DNA from: Candidatus Poribacteria bacterium
GTDB lineage: Bacteria; Poribacteria; WGA-4E; JAJDTR01
Length of the DNA: 64,000 bases
NCBI GenBank assembly: GCA_965208765.1
Contig: OZ242354.1
Location: 6,185,281-6,249,280 of the forward strand
Reading direction: 5' to 3'
Position 1 is the first letter of the stretch; the number at the start of each line of letters is the position of its first letter. A program made the translations under genes and the position numbers. The notes beneath the pieces are model-generated. The model was not told the origin of the DNA and ran no database searches. It saw nothing but the letters and a program-made list of their open reading frames with translations. Positions 39,131-49,838 of the stretch are shown here, one piece after another.

Positions 39131-39166
39131 AAAAAAGGCTCTCAACCATTGAGAGCCTTTATCCCG
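39131..39166 (-). terminator. rho-independent terminator of cspA
   Basis: On the minus strand AAAGGCTCTCAATGGTTGAGAGCCTTT stem-loop followed by TTTTTTTTT. Confidence 0.7.
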
Positions 39167-39192
39167 GACAGCGTAATTAGAGTTTGTTGATT

Positions 39193-39402
39193 CTACCAAG
39201 CCGAAAGCTTCTTCACTTCCTCAGCCTGAAAGCCCTTGGGGCCCTGAACCATGTTAAATTCAACTTCGTCGTCTTCATCAAGGCTCTTGAAACCATCGCC
39301 ATCAATGTTGGAGTAATGCACAAAGACATCCTCACCCTCATCAGTGGTAATAAATCCATAGCCCTTCTGGTCGCTAAACCATTTGACTCGACCTTTCGCC
39401 AT
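39193..39402 (-). CDS. cspA: cold-shock protein CspA family
   Basis: [42 protein letters not shown]. 69 aa. Confidence 0.9.
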   Translation of the reverse strand: MAKGRVKWFSDQKGYGFITTDEGEDVFVHYSNIDGDGFKSLDEDDEVEFNMVQGPKGFQAEEVKKLSAW

Positions 39403-39880
39403 TGAATTGCACCTCCTTTGTTTGAATCTACAAACTGCAAATGTCTCGTGAAGCCTGAAAAGCTGAGAGGTACAAAATGACACCATGCCGGGAAAATGCT
39501 TCAGTTTTGAACCTAACACTACTCACAGAACTTGCCAAATCCATGCTGCAGTTGTACTGTACCTTTATTATACCTCATTAAAATAAATTTTGCAAGCCCA
39601 GTATTTCTACAACTCAAAGCAAATACTCGTGATTCGGAGGAAAAAATGGCGTTCGGTGCCGTCTTACCGCAATTGCTTGAAGCTCTCAGGTTCATTATGT
39701 AATCCCGAAAAGGTGATTCGAGTCAACGGCGATGATCTGAATAATTTGAAATATAATTCGGTAAAATCGCCGCTACAACAGCCACGTGCACCTAGGCAAA
39801 TGTCTACTGATCAATCGCTGTTGAGAGTATGAAGAAATTGCTTGGCAAAGCAATTACGTGCTCGGTGCGTGGCACCTTAG

Positions 39881-40846
39881 CTATGCATAGACGGTCGAGA
39901 TTTGATCAAGCTCTACGCGAACGTCGTCAGGGAGCACCCATCCCACAGCACCTACGATATCCGGAATTTCATCGGGGTTATCGCAGCCCACAATCGTGGT
40001 CGTGATTTCCGGATGTGAAAGTATCCATGCCAAAGCCAGTTGCGCGGGTGTTTTGTTCAATTCGGAGGCACGCGTTTTGAGGACGTTGATGACTTCCCCG
40101 GGAGTTCCCCCGACCGCGGCTTCAAACTCTGACTCTGTTCGTTCCGCCCACAGCGAGCCACGCGGCGGCGGCACTCCCGGAGAATATGTGCCGCCGAGGA
40201 GCCCGATTGCCAGCGGGCTGTATGCCATTACGCCCAGCCCAGTGTCCTGCACAAGCCCGAACATCTCACGCTCAAGCGCCCGATTCAACAAGCTGTACGG
40301 ATTCTGAACGCAGATGTACGGAGTGGCGTTGAGCGAATCGGCAACCCATAGCGCTTTACAGACTTGCCAAGCGGCGTAGTTGCAACAGCCAGCGTAACGG
40401 ATTTTGCCGGAGTGAACCAAGTCGTCCAAGGCGCGAATGGTTTCGGTAAGCGGCGTGGATTCATCGAAGTTGTGCACAAGATAAACGTCGATATGGTCCG
40501 TGTTCAGCCGTCTGAGCGATTGTTCGACTTCGCGCATGATGTGGTATCGAGACAATCCGTGGTCGTTCGGACCGGGGCCGATGACACTGCAGACTTTCGA
40601 GGTTATGACCACATTGTCTCGTTTACCACGGAGCGCCCTTCCGAGAATCGTCTCAGACTGTCCAGGGTTGTGGTGCGTATCCGTGAGGCAGTAGCTGTTC
40701 GCACAATCTATGAGGTTTATCCCCATATCGATCGCACGTTCGATTATTCTTTGTCCAGAATCGGCATCAGTTACTCCTCTGAATCCGAGGCCAAGAGCCA
40801 CTTGGCTGACCTTGAGCCCCGCCTTTCCAAAATTGACGTATTCCAT
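39881..40846 (-). CDS. aldo/keto reductase
   Basis: MEYVNFGKAGLKVSQVALG, IDCANSY, VVITSKV, and a typical AKR (alpha/beta)8 length of 321 aa. Confidence 0.85.
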   Translation of the reverse strand: MEYVNFGKAGLKVSQVALGLGFRGVTDADSGQRIIERAIDMGINLIDCANSYCLTDTHHNPGQSETILGRALRGKRDNVVITSKVCSVIGPGPNDHGLSRYHIMREVEQSLRRLNTDHIDVYLVHNFDESTPLTETIRALDDLVHSGKIRYAGCCNYAAWQVCKALWVADSLNATPYICVQNPYSLLNRALEREMFGLVQDTGLGVMAYSPLAIGLLGGTYSPGVPPPRGSLWAERTESEFEAAVGGTPGEVINVLKTRASELNKTPAQLALAWILSHPEITTTIVGCDNPDEIPDIVGAVGWVLPDDVRVELDQISTVYA

Positions 40847-41159
40847 TACGTTCCTCTCTTTTCCATTGACTTCGATAGTGTAATGCTGCGAATGAGGTGG
40901 CTTCGTATTTCAGATGCCGGCAACACACGACGAGGCAATTTCGGTGACAGGGTGACCGCTCTCATTTACTTCATCGACAGACTGGTGAAATTGCAGCGAG
41001 CACAAAAGATTTGGATATTGCGTCCGCCGTGAGTCTGCCAACAGAGTGACGTCCGCGGTGCCCGCCAAGAGCATCTAACGAAGGGAGATGTTTGGCATTG
41101 TGCTGTCGTAGCGCTGAAGGGCCAGGGCATCTGTGGTTGTCCAATTTTTACCATGTAAC

Positions 41160-41600
41160 ACTCTACATAGCACTCCGCTGGAGTGCAGAAGCGGTGAGGA
41201 ATCGTGTTCTATTGACATTGCACTCCGCTGGAGTGCAGGAATTGGTTTCGTCGCCATCTACAGACATTGCGCGGGATTTTCTAGCGCACTCACTATCAGT
41301 TCGTTTGAGGGATCTTCTATCGCGCTCGCTAATCACTCGCTTGATCCTCTGGAGCGAAAACCAGTGTTACTCGCTGAATGAGTTATACCGACAGGGATAA
41401 TGGGGTGCTATCAAGTAACACTCGACATTGCACTCCGCTGGAGTGCAGACGCAGGGACGAATCTTGTTCTATTGACATCTCACTCCTCTGGAGTGAAAAG
41501 CATTATTCGAAACAACACCTCCTCAATGCTTGTCATAGATCGAAAAATGAGCGTTACGTGCTGAGAGAATTATTCCGACATGAATGATAGGGTGCTATCA
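41160..41600. repeat. two tandem composite repeat units of the 35965-type, with a family-2 copy between them
   Basis: gcactccgctggagtgcag x4, ttctattgacat x2, ccgacagggataatggggtgctatca and ccgacatgaatgatagggtgctatca tails. Confidence 0.6.
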
Positions 41601-41622
41601 ATGGTATGAATTAAGTCGAATT

Positions 41623-44337
41623 TTAGCTCCCTTGGATGCGCTCAAGAATGAGGTGGCTGCTGTCCTCCTTCGCGAGTCTGTCAAAAAAGTGCTTGGCTGC
41701 TGCATATTCCTCTGGTGAAATTACCGGCTGATTCAGCGTAAAACCGAGTTCATAGCGAATGACGTTACCATCGCGGCTGAATTGGCGATTTACGGTTGCG
41801 AAATCGGACTCCATCGTAAGATCGCCGGGGAGTACAGCCGTCCACCCATCCGGTAGTTCAATTGAAACCTCTTTTGTCACTTGCATCGGGTAGCCGAGAT
41901 TAAGCATGTACTTTCGGTTTGTCCGCGCGAAGAGTTCAGCATAGTCTCCGAATTCATCAATCGGTAGAGGCAACAACAGTTGGTCATCAATTGACTGCGC
42001 GTAATGGTCTACTCGGAAACCTGCTCTAATCTCGACCGGAGCGTCCAGGTTCTCCAGACTGGAGGACTCTACCCAATCCACCTGAATACCCGGAAATTGA
42101 TGACTCAGCTCGGCAGCAAGGGTTTCTTTCCAATCATCCGGTGCGAATTGTTGATACCTCAAGCGCGAATCGAGGTTGTACTGCCCCTTTGTTCCCATGA
42201 AAATCTCCCCGTTAACCGAGCGTTGTTCGTCCAACTGCATTTCGGTTTTGAGGATCAATCGATTGTCCTCCGCGGGAAAGAGCGGAATGTCTACGAACGT
42301 CCCGGTTTCATCTCCGATAAGAAATCCCTTGCGACCCTGATTTACATCGGGCAGATCGCCGAAGCTGCATGTGTTTGATGTCGCATCTAGCCACGTATAG
42401 GTCCCGTTAGATTTGGGAATGGCTGTTATCATATGGCTGAACTGCCCAAGAGATGGAAGGTCGGTATCAATCCGTTCGTGAGGAGAAGGATTGAGCATTA
42501 CCGGAAAAGCCTTGACGCCCGCGAGATCAAGCATTGTTATGAGCAGAGTTGTCTTGTCCTTGCAGTCTCCATACAGGTTCTTCATTACGTCCGAGGCGGG
42601 AGAGGGCTGATAGGCGCTTTGCCCGAGTTCGATTCCCACGTAGCGAATCTTGGATGCCACAAAATTGTAGATCGCTCGTATCTTGTCTTCCGTTTTCGGA
42701 ATGTCCGCAGTCAGTTGCTCAACAACAGATTGAATGGCATGGTCGGCAAGGTATCGTTCTTTCGCTAGATCTTTATACCAGGTGTAGACTTCATCCCATG
42801 ATTCCAGCGACGAATAGTTTAGCCGCATCGCCACATCGTTGAGAGCGGGCATTCCTGTTTCCTCGCTAATCGGCGGTACATCGGTCGCCGACCATAGATA
42901 CGAGGTGGTCTCGGACGATTCCGCTATCTGAGGCGCGAGGTCGCAATTGAGCGTTTTCCACCGAAAGTTGAGATCGCTGGGGAGACGCAGGACATAACGC
43001 GCTTCCAAGGCCGGTACGGTTGACTGAAAATTGAAACCGCCCCAAAACCAGGTCCGTTTACCGACAGATTCGCTGGCGATGTCTTGAAACGTAACCTGAT
43101 ACTCGATGATCGCTCCCGGAGATAGCGCAGGCATGGAGATGACTTTCCATACTACATCCGAATAGATGTTGTATGACAAGAGACCGGGTGGAGTGACTTC
43201 GTTATAGCCTTCGGCGGAGGGCTCGACGATTGTTCCGTCAGGGGTGATTGTACGGGCAACATTGACGTTGAGGTGCTGTGAATTCGGCTGGTAAGGGATA
43301 GCAATGTCGTCGTATCTTTCGATACCCCGCTGTGTCAGCAGTTTCACAATCTGATGCGTCGTGTACGTTGATTGCCCGGCAGAAGAAATGTCATGGCTGA
43401 ACTGATTCATCAGAATAATCACATCGGCATCGGGATAATCGTCTCGTTCGGACGCCTCCGCGATTATGGTCTCGGAGTCAAACTCCACGATTTTTACGGG
43501 GTCTAGCTGCGGTGACACCGCTGCACTCGTATTCAATTTCGACAGCGCTTGCAGACGGTTTGGAGCCAGCAAATTGTCCGGGTCAATCGACAATATTTCC
43601 TGATACTGGAGTTGTGCTTGTAAGTAGCGCCCGTGCGACTCGTACAACGCGGCTAGTTGCTGACGAGGCCAAACGTCATTGGGAAAAAGCCGAGCCGATT
43701 CACGAAACTCGGCAATTGCATCGCCAATCTCCTCGCGTTCCAAGTGAATAGCCCCCAGATAGTTGTGCAAGTTTTTGCTCTCATTTCTCCGGCATTTCGG
43801 ATCCAGCTCCAAGACCCTTCGCAAGGTTCGTTCCGCTCTATCAAGATGCCCTGTCTGTTTATACGCCAAGCCGAGATGATTCAGAGCGTACAGATCTTCG
43901 GGAGCATATTTCAAGGTAGTCTCATATTCTTGTACCGAAGCGTCGTAATCATTCAGCTTTTCGTAGGTGTAACCAAGATAGTTTCTGACAATGGTGTCTT
44001 GCGACTCCAGTTTCAGATATGCGGCAAAGGCGGCGGCCGCTTTTTCATAGTGCTGCTGTTGGAAGTAGATCTCGCCGATTTTACGCTGAACCTCACTTGA
44101 CCCAGGCTTGATCGTAAGCGCTGCCTGATATGCCGCGACAGCGTCGGCAAAATTGCCGTTTTTAAATGCCCAGTTTCCTTGATCGATCTGCTTCTTCCAC
44201 TGTTCGTGGCGTTCGACCAAAGGATCGACAACTTTTTCTTCTGTTCTGTGCCGAAGTCCAAGAGTTGTGCATCCACTGAGAAGCAGCACCACCACGACAA
44301 CAGAAATTTTATGCATCCCTCTTGACGACATCGGCAT
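41623..44337 (-). CDS. TPR plus DUF3857 plus transglutaminase-like lipoprotein
   Basis: Lipobox LLLSGC|T. N-terminal TPR repeats (AYQAALTIKPGSSE...). DYPDADVIILMNQ (DUF3857-like). YGDCKDKTTLLITML transglutaminase-like Cys motif. Confidence 0.75.
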   Translation of the reverse strand: MPMSSRGMHKISVVVVVLLLSGCTTLGLRHRTEEKVVDPLVERHEQWKKQIDQGNWAFKNGNFADAVAAYQAALTIKPGSSEVQRKIGEIYFQQQHYEKAAAAFAAYLKLESQDTIVRNYLGYTYEKLNDYDASVQEYETTLKYAPEDLYALNHLGLAYKQTGHLDRAERTLRRVLELDPKCRRNESKNLHNYLGAIHLEREEIGDAIAEFRESARLFPNDVWPRQQLAALYESHGRYLQAQLQYQEILSIDPDNLLAPNRLQALSKLNTSAAVSPQLDPVKIVEFDSETIIAEASERDDYPDADVIILMNQFSHDISSAGQSTYTTHQIVKLLTQRGIERYDDIAIPYQPNSQHLNVNVARTITPDGTIVEPSAEGYNEVTPPGLLSYNIYSDVVWKVISMPALSPGAIIEYQVTFQDIASESVGKRTWFWGGFNFQSTVPALEARYVLRLPSDLNFRWKTLNCDLAPQIAESSETTSYLWSATDVPPISEETGMPALNDVAMRLNYSSLESWDEVYTWYKDLAKERYLADHAIQSVVEQLTADIPKTEDKIRAIYNFVASKIRYVGIELGQSAYQPSPASDVMKNLYGDCKDKTTLLITMLDLAGVKAFPVMLNPSPHERIDTDLPSLGQFSHMITAIPKSNGTYTWLDATSNTCSFGDLPDVNQGRKGFLIGDETGTFVDIPLFPAEDNRLILKTEMQLDEQRSVNGEIFMGTKGQYNLDSRLRYQQFAPDDWKETLAAELSHQFPGIQVDWVESSSLENLDAPVEIRAGFRVDHYAQSIDDQLLLPLPIDEFGDYAELFARTNRKYMLNLGYPMQVTKEVSIELPDGWTAVLPGDLTMESDFATVNRQFSRDGNVIRYELGFTLNQPVISPEEYAAAKHFFDRLAKEDSSHLILERIQGS

Positions 44338-44638
44338 TCACCTAATCTCCATATATTGGCGCACGGATGGGGCGACTCAAAAGCGTTGGAACTCACGGGT
44401 ACCGGTTACTCAAATGATAACATATTTAGGTGTCGGTTTGGTAGACTGAGTCGGATAAGGAAAAAAGCAGACCACACCCACATAAATTAGATTTTGCGTT
44501 GTTAAAAGGGAATCGGAATTGCTATAATCTACTCAGTCGATAATATTCGGCCAAGCGACACTGAATAGAATCTTCCTCACGCAGGTAGCGCCTTCACGTC
44601 AACCGCACAATGTTCTGCACCTAAGGAAATCAGCCTGA

Positions 44639-47600
44639 ATGTCCCTCCCGAAACTTTCCGTTAGTAATCCGGTCTTCGCAAACCTATTGATGATCATAAT
44701 CATCGTATTCGGGACAATTGCGTGGTTCGTGCTCCCGAGGGCGTTGAGCCCCGATATCACGGTACAGTCAGCCACCGTTACAACCATCTACCCGGGCGCC
44801 TCTCCGGAAGAAGTTGAGAAATTGGTGACGGTCCCAATCGAGGAAGCTATCGAAGACAACGTTAACAAGATTGACTTGATGCTCTCGACATCTTCGGAAG
44901 GAATATCTACGATCTCGATCCAGTTTGAAGAGATAAGCGATCGGGACTTCAGAAAGCAAATGCAGAACATGCGGTCCGCGGTGGATCGCGTGAACGATCT
45001 CCCAAACGAAATCTTGAATGAGCCGGAAGTTGTGGAATTCGACATGGAATCAACTTTTCCGGTGCTAACGCTGGTCGTTGGCGGAGCCATCTCGGAACCG
45101 CAGATGAAGTCTATCGCCGAGAATCTCAGGGACGACATCCTAGACATCGAGGGTGTCGGATCTGTCCGCTTGGCGGGCGCGCGTGAACGGGAAATCTGGA
45201 TTGAAGTCGATCCGAACAGGCTGCGGGCTTATCAACTTCCCATTACCGAGGTTATTAGTGCGTTGAGGAATCACAACCTCAATCTGCCTGCGGGAACGAT
45301 GGAAGTCGGCACATCGGAGTACCTTGTCCGCACGTTGGGCGAATTCCGAAGTATTGATGAGATTCAAGACACAATAATCCGGGCGCGAGGTACCGGCACC
45401 TCATTACGATTGAGCGACATTGCAACCGTCTCCGATACGTACGAGAAGCCACGCACGTTGTCGCGCATCCACGGCAATCCCTCCATCAGCTTGACGATTC
45501 AACGCAAGACAGAGTCAAACACCATCAAGTTGGTCGAACAAATCCGTGAAGTTGTGGAGAAATACAAGGTGAACGCGCCAGAGGAGGCGCGGATTTCGGC
45601 GGTAAATGATTATTCCGTCATCTTGAAGGAACGATTTGGTATTCTCGAAACGAATGCTTTCTTCGGGCTTTTTCTCGTCGTTATTCTGCTGTTCGTGTTC
45701 TTGGGCTTTCGAAACGCGCTCTTCGCTGCGCTTGGTATCCCTGTTGCGTTCATGGCGACCTTCCTGTTCATGCACTTGACGGGAATTGTACTGAGCGGTG
45801 TCGCTTTGTTCGGATTAATACTCGTCGTAGGTATTGTAGTGGATGACGCTATCGTGGTGATCGAGAATATCTATCGGCACATTCAGCGCGGAAGATCGCC
45901 GCGCGAAGCCGCCATCGTCGGCGCCGAGCAGGTAGGAACTCCCGTTCTAGCGGCAAGTTTGACGACAGTCGCAGCGTTCGGACCGCTCATGTTCATGACG
46001 GGAATTTCCGGTCAATTTATGCGAGTTGTACCAATTGTCGCCATTTTGGTGTTGGCGGCATCGTTGCTTGAAGTTTTTATGATTCTTCCCGCCCACGTTT
46101 CCGAATGGGGGAAGGTATCGAACAATAATGCCCGCCGCAACAGATGGTTTAATCCGATTAAAAAGCGTTACGTAACGATTTTGAACCACATCCTGCGATG
46201 GCGTTACGCCGTAGTCTTCGGCGTATTGGCTACGGGTGTGGTGGTTTGTACCGCCGCGTTCTTGGCGCTTGACAAGGAACTGTTTCCCGGCGAAGACTTT
46301 CCACAATTTTACCTCAAAGCCGAAATGCCTCCTTCTTTTGGAATGAACGAGACCAGCGAGGTGATTTCCCAGCTTGAGCAGGTCGCCGCGTCTATCCCGC
46401 CAGACGAACGGGTTGCAATCGTAAGCAACCTCGGCTTACACACTCCCACATCAGGTATACTCGCTGGCACGACATTTCGATCTAATGTCGGCGAAGTGCT
46501 CGTCGAGCTTGTACCGAAGGATCAGCGCAAACGAAGTGTCGATGATATTGTGGATGAGCTTCGTTCGCAGATAGCGAAAGTCAGCGGCATCGAAAAACTA
46601 ACCATTGACAAACTGCAAGGGGGCCCGCCGAGCGGCGCCGATGTCGATGTTAAAATCAAGGGACAAGATTTCCGTGAATTGAAACGTATTTCCGAGATGC
46701 TTCAATCAGAATTGCGCCAAATGGATGGCGTCTATGAAATCCGGGATGATTTTCTCGTCGGCAAGTCCGAACTCCGCGTGCACGTGAAGGAGGAGAAGGC
46801 GCACCAATACGGGTTGGATGTATTTCAAATAGCCTATAACGTTCGCAATGCGATTGAAGGAAATATAACTACGACCTATCGCGATGCCGACGAGGCAATA
46901 GATGTCGTCGTGAAATACAGCGACGGCGCTCTTAAGGCAGTGTCAGACCTTGGGGAGTTGCTGATAGCCACTCCTACGGGGGAAATCATCCCGTTAAGAG
47001 ATGTCGCGGAGGTGCGAGAGGAAAGGGGATATGTCGAAGTTCGCCGATTCGACGGGGAGCGCGCCATTACCGTAAATGCTTCCGTGGATTCTGACCGTAC
47101 TACGGCTGTAGAAGTAAATCAAGCGCTAATTGCGACATTCGCGGGCATCGAGTCCATGTTTCCCGGTTACCGTTTGGATTTCCGCGGTGAATTCGACCAG
47201 ATTCAGGAATCCTTTGCCGATCTAGTCCAGCTATTCGTGATTGGTGTTTTCTTGATTTACGTCATCTTGGCGACTCAGTTCAAATCTTTTCTTCAACCCG
47301 TAATTATTCTCCTAGCCGTGCCGTTCGGGATTATCGGTGCAATGATTGGGCTCCTGGCCGTGGGTGCAACGTTAAGCATGATAGCCATGTTTGGTATCGT
47401 GGCGCTTGCGGGAATCGTGGTTAATGATTCGATTGTGCTCATCGACTTCATAAACCGCTATCGCAGAAACGGAAGCGGTCGGTGGCGCGCGATTCTCAGA
47501 GGGGCTGGCGTCCGATTGCGTCCGATTTTGTTGACAACCATTACAACCGTTTGCGGATTGATTCCAATGGCAATCGGGTTGGGCGGAAAGTCTCCAATTT

Positions 47601-47788
47601 GGATGCCGTTAGCCAGCACAATCATCTTCGGACTTACCTTTGCAACTCTGTTGACGCTGTTTGTGATGCCGGCGTTGTACGCGATTACCACGGATATTAA
47701 TGCCTTGTTCGAAAGAAAACCTACTCCTGCCCAACGTCCTGGTATGGAGGATCTGGCAGTAGGAGCCGAGATTAGCGCTGACGACTAG
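44639..47788 (+). CDS. efflux RND transporter permease (AcrB/HAE1-like), no adjacent MFP or OMF gene
   Basis: 1049 aa with 12 predicted TM segments in the 1+5 / 1+5 arrangement. GIVVDDAIVVIENI and GIVVNDSIVLIDF motifs. Confidence 0.9.
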   Translation: MSLPKLSVSNPVFANLLMIIIIVFGTIAWFVLPRALSPDITVQSATVTTIYPGASPEEVEKLVTVPIEEAIEDNVNKIDLMLSTSSEGISTISIQFEEISDRDFRKQMQNMRSAVDRVNDLPNEILNEPEVVEFDMESTFPVLTLVVGGAISEPQMKSIAENLRDDILDIEGVGSVRLAGAREREIWIEVDPNRLRAYQLPITEVISALRNHNLNLPAGTMEVGTSEYLVRTLGEFRSIDEIQDTIIRARGTGTSLRLSDIATVSDTYEKPRTLSRIHGNPSISLTIQRKTESNTIKLVEQIREVVEKYKVNAPEEARISAVNDYSVILKERFGILETNAFFGLFLVVILLFVFLGFRNALFAALGIPVAFMATFLFMHLTGIVLSGVALFGLILVVGIVVDDAIVVIENIYRHIQRGRSPREAAIVGAEQVGTPVLAASLTTVAAFGPLMFMTGISGQFMRVVPIVAILVLAASLLEVFMILPAHVSEWGKVSNNNARRNRWFNPIKKRYVTILNHILRWRYAVVFGVLATGVVVCTAAFLALDKELFPGEDFPQFYLKAEMPPSFGMNETSEVISQLEQVAASIPPDERVAIVSNLGLHTPTSGILAGTTFRSNVGEVLVELVPKDQRKRSVDDIVDELRSQIAKVSGIEKLTIDKLQGGPPSGADVDVKIKGQDFRELKRISEMLQSELRQMDGVYEIRDDFLVGKSELRVHVKEEKAHQYGLDVFQIAYNVRNAIEGNITTTYRDADEAIDVVVKYSDGALKAVSDLGELLIATPTGEIIPLRDVAEVREERGYVEVRRFDGERAITVNASVDSDRTTAVEVNQALIATFAGIESMFPGYRLDFRGEFDQIQESFADLVQLFVIGVFLIYVILATQFKSFLQPVIILLAVPFGIIGAMIGLLAVGATLSMIAMFGIVALAGIVVNDSIVLIDFINRYRRNGSGRWRAILRGAGVRLRPILLTTITTVCGLIPMAIGLGGKSPIWMPLASTIIFGLTFATLLTLFVMPALYAITTDINALFERKPTPAQRPGMEDLAVGAEISADD

Positions 47789-47856
47789 AATACCAACTAA
47801 CACCCGAAACAAATCAGGATTTCGTTTTCGACCGCAAAGAAGGGTTCTCAAAGAGC

Positions 47857-48549
47857 GTGAAAGTAGCGTATACCGGATTAGACTTGCCGCCGGGGAAGGT
47901 GAAATATGACGATGGATACCTAAGCGAGCTTGCGGCAAAGTTTAAACCCACCAAATCCGCGCCGTACTATTTCGAGTTTTTGCCCGACGACTACGAGACT
48001 TCGCACGCCATTGTCATAGCCTCCGACGAGCTACTAGATTTGCTTATCCCAGACATCGAAAGAATTGAAAACCTTCTCATACGGTTGGACGACGCGAACG
48101 CGAAGCCCGTACTTGACAAGTGTCTAGCACATCTCGAAGCCGAAATGCCTCTGTGCGATCTCCCACTCGAAGATAGCGAGAAGGCAATCGTTAACGGCTA
48201 TGGGCTCCTGAGTTCCAAACCGACGGTGGCATTCGAAGCCCCGTTTACGGATGTGAATCAGGTGTGCGATGCCATCTTGGACAAAGCCGGGATGATGTTC
48301 TTCTACACACTGAACAAGCAGGAAGTTCATGCATGGTTAGTAGAGAAGGGCACAGATGCGGTAACGTGCGCCGGTCAGATCCATTCCGACCTAGCGCGCG
48401 GATTCATCAAAGCGGAACTTGTCAGTTGTGATGACATGCTGGAGTCGCATAGTTTGCAGGATGCGCGTTCAAAGAACTTGACGAATCTAGTGGGCGAGGA
48501 CTACATAATCCCGGAAAACACTATCCTTGAGGTTCGTTTCAACGTGTAA
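47857..48549 (+). CDS. YchF C-terminal (TGS/DUF933-like) homolog lacking a recognisable GTPase P-loop
   Basis: C-terminus HAWLVEKGTDAVTCAGQIHSDLARGFIKAELVSCDDM...EDYIIPENTILEVRFNV parallels the YchF C-terminus. The N-terminus MKVAYTGLDLPPGKVKYDD has no GxxxxGKS/T. Confidence 0.55.
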   Translation: MKVAYTGLDLPPGKVKYDDGYLSELAAKFKPTKSAPYYFEFLPDDYETSHAIVIASDELLDLLIPDIERIENLLIRLDDANAKPVLDKCLAHLEAEMPLCDLPLEDSEKAIVNGYGLLSSKPTVAFEAPFTDVNQVCDAILDKAGMMFFYTLNKQEVHAWLVEKGTDAVTCAGQIHSDLARGFIKAELVSCDDMLESHSLQDARSKNLTNLVGEDYIIPENTILEVRFNV

Positions 48550-48615
48550 TCTATCACGAAGGAGCGGAAGCGCGCCCGAGAAACGCACATCCTAGCATGG
48601 GAGAAGACAGCACCA

Positions 48616-49416
48616 ATGGAGATTAAGGGGTCATTTGAAGAGAACGGTTTTTACGTTTTTGACACGCCGGCAATAGAGTTGGAGCGGGTTCGGAATGCGA
48701 GCGTCGGAATGGATAAGATTCGCGAAGGTGAGTACGACACCGGAAGGCCGCCGGAGAACTCCCCTTGGAATCCCGGTGATGATCCGGCGCGTCTCTGCAA
48801 AATCGAACAGCCGCAGCTTGGCAGCGAGGCAGTTGCAGAACTTATTCGGTCCCCCGAGATTGGCGAATGGGCTGCCCATGTTACAGGTGCCGAGATGATT
48901 CAGGTATGGTGGGTACAACTGCTTTATAAACCACCAGCGGCGGAAAATGAGCCGACTCCAACGAAAATTGGTTGGCACACGGATTGGCAGTATTGGGGTA
49001 AGACTTGGGAAGACGGGAGTCAGCTCCTCACGGCGTGGGTCGCGTTAAGTGATGTGGAGGACTCTTCGGGGCCAATGAAATTCGTCGCAGGTTCGCATCG
49101 ATGGGAGGAGATAACCGGCGGCGACTTCTACAGTCAGGACATTTCCGAAGAAGAGTTCGCCCTATCACCGAATCGGAAGTGGAGGGAGATCTCGGCTCTC
49201 ATGGAAGCCGGTGGGATGAGCCTGCATGACAAACGGGTTTTGCACGGTAGCAGTTTCAATCTGTCCAGTTCGCCCCGCAAAAGTCTGGCGGTTCATCTCC
49301 GTACTGACCGCAGCCGTCCGATAGACGGTCAACGAGCAGGATTGGCGAAGTACGTAGATGATCTGGATACCGCACCAATCATCTATGGGAAGAGATTGAA
49401 AGCCACCTTCAGTTAG
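48616..49416 (+). CDS. phytanoyl-CoA dioxygenase family protein
   Basis: GFYVFD, WHTDWQYW, FVAGSHRWEE and LHDKRVLHGSSFN motifs. Confidence 0.8.
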   Translation: MEIKGSFEENGFYVFDTPAIELERVRNASVGMDKIREGEYDTGRPPENSPWNPGDDPARLCKIEQPQLGSEAVAELIRSPEIGEWAAHVTGAEMIQVWWVQLLYKPPAAENEPTPTKIGWHTDWQYWGKTWEDGSQLLTAWVALSDVEDSSGPMKFVAGSHRWEEITGGDFYSQDISEEEFALSPNRKWREISALMEAGGMSLHDKRVLHGSSFNLSSSPRKSLAVHLRTDRSRPIDGQRAGLAKYVDDLDTAPIIYGKRLKATFS

Positions 49417-49820
49417 TTCGTAGCCGCTGCATCGTACTCCTCAAAGTGCCGGGGATAAATCTCCATTGCCGCTTTAATCATCGGTTTGAGTTCCATAATC
49501 TTGTCGAGTGGGCCGTCCGCAACAATCTGGCGCGTGAGAATGGCGCCCATTACATTTACCTCCCCCATCCAAAACCGGTGTGCGACGTCGCCTGACATGG
49601 AGAGTTGTACGTCGGGCGGTTCCCCACAATCACCGCAAAATACAGATTGCTCTCCACCCCGAGCGACCAAGGTAATGGAAGCCTCCGGATCGGTGAAAAC
49701 AAACCGTACCGTCAAGTCGGTTTTTTGCAGCAATCTTCGGGTTTCCGAGTGATTCCTCATCAACTCAAAAAACCCGCCCAAACAACGATAAAGCCTGTCG
49801 GCAGATTCAAAAACGGGCAT
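49413..49820 (-). CDS. SCP2 sterol-binding domain protein
   Basis: 135 aa. VARGGEQSVFCGD...MGEVNVMGAILTRQIVADGPLDKIMELKPM typical of SCP2-like carriers. Confidence 0.6.
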   Translation of the reverse strand: MPVFESADRLYRCLGGFFELMRNHSETRRLLQKTDLTVRFVFTDPEASITLVARGGEQSVFCGDCGEPPDVQLSMSGDVAHRFWMGEVNVMGAILTRQIVADGPLDKIMELKPMIKAAMEIYPRHFEEYDAAATN

Positions 49821-49838
49821 TCGTTGTTATTCCCCCTT

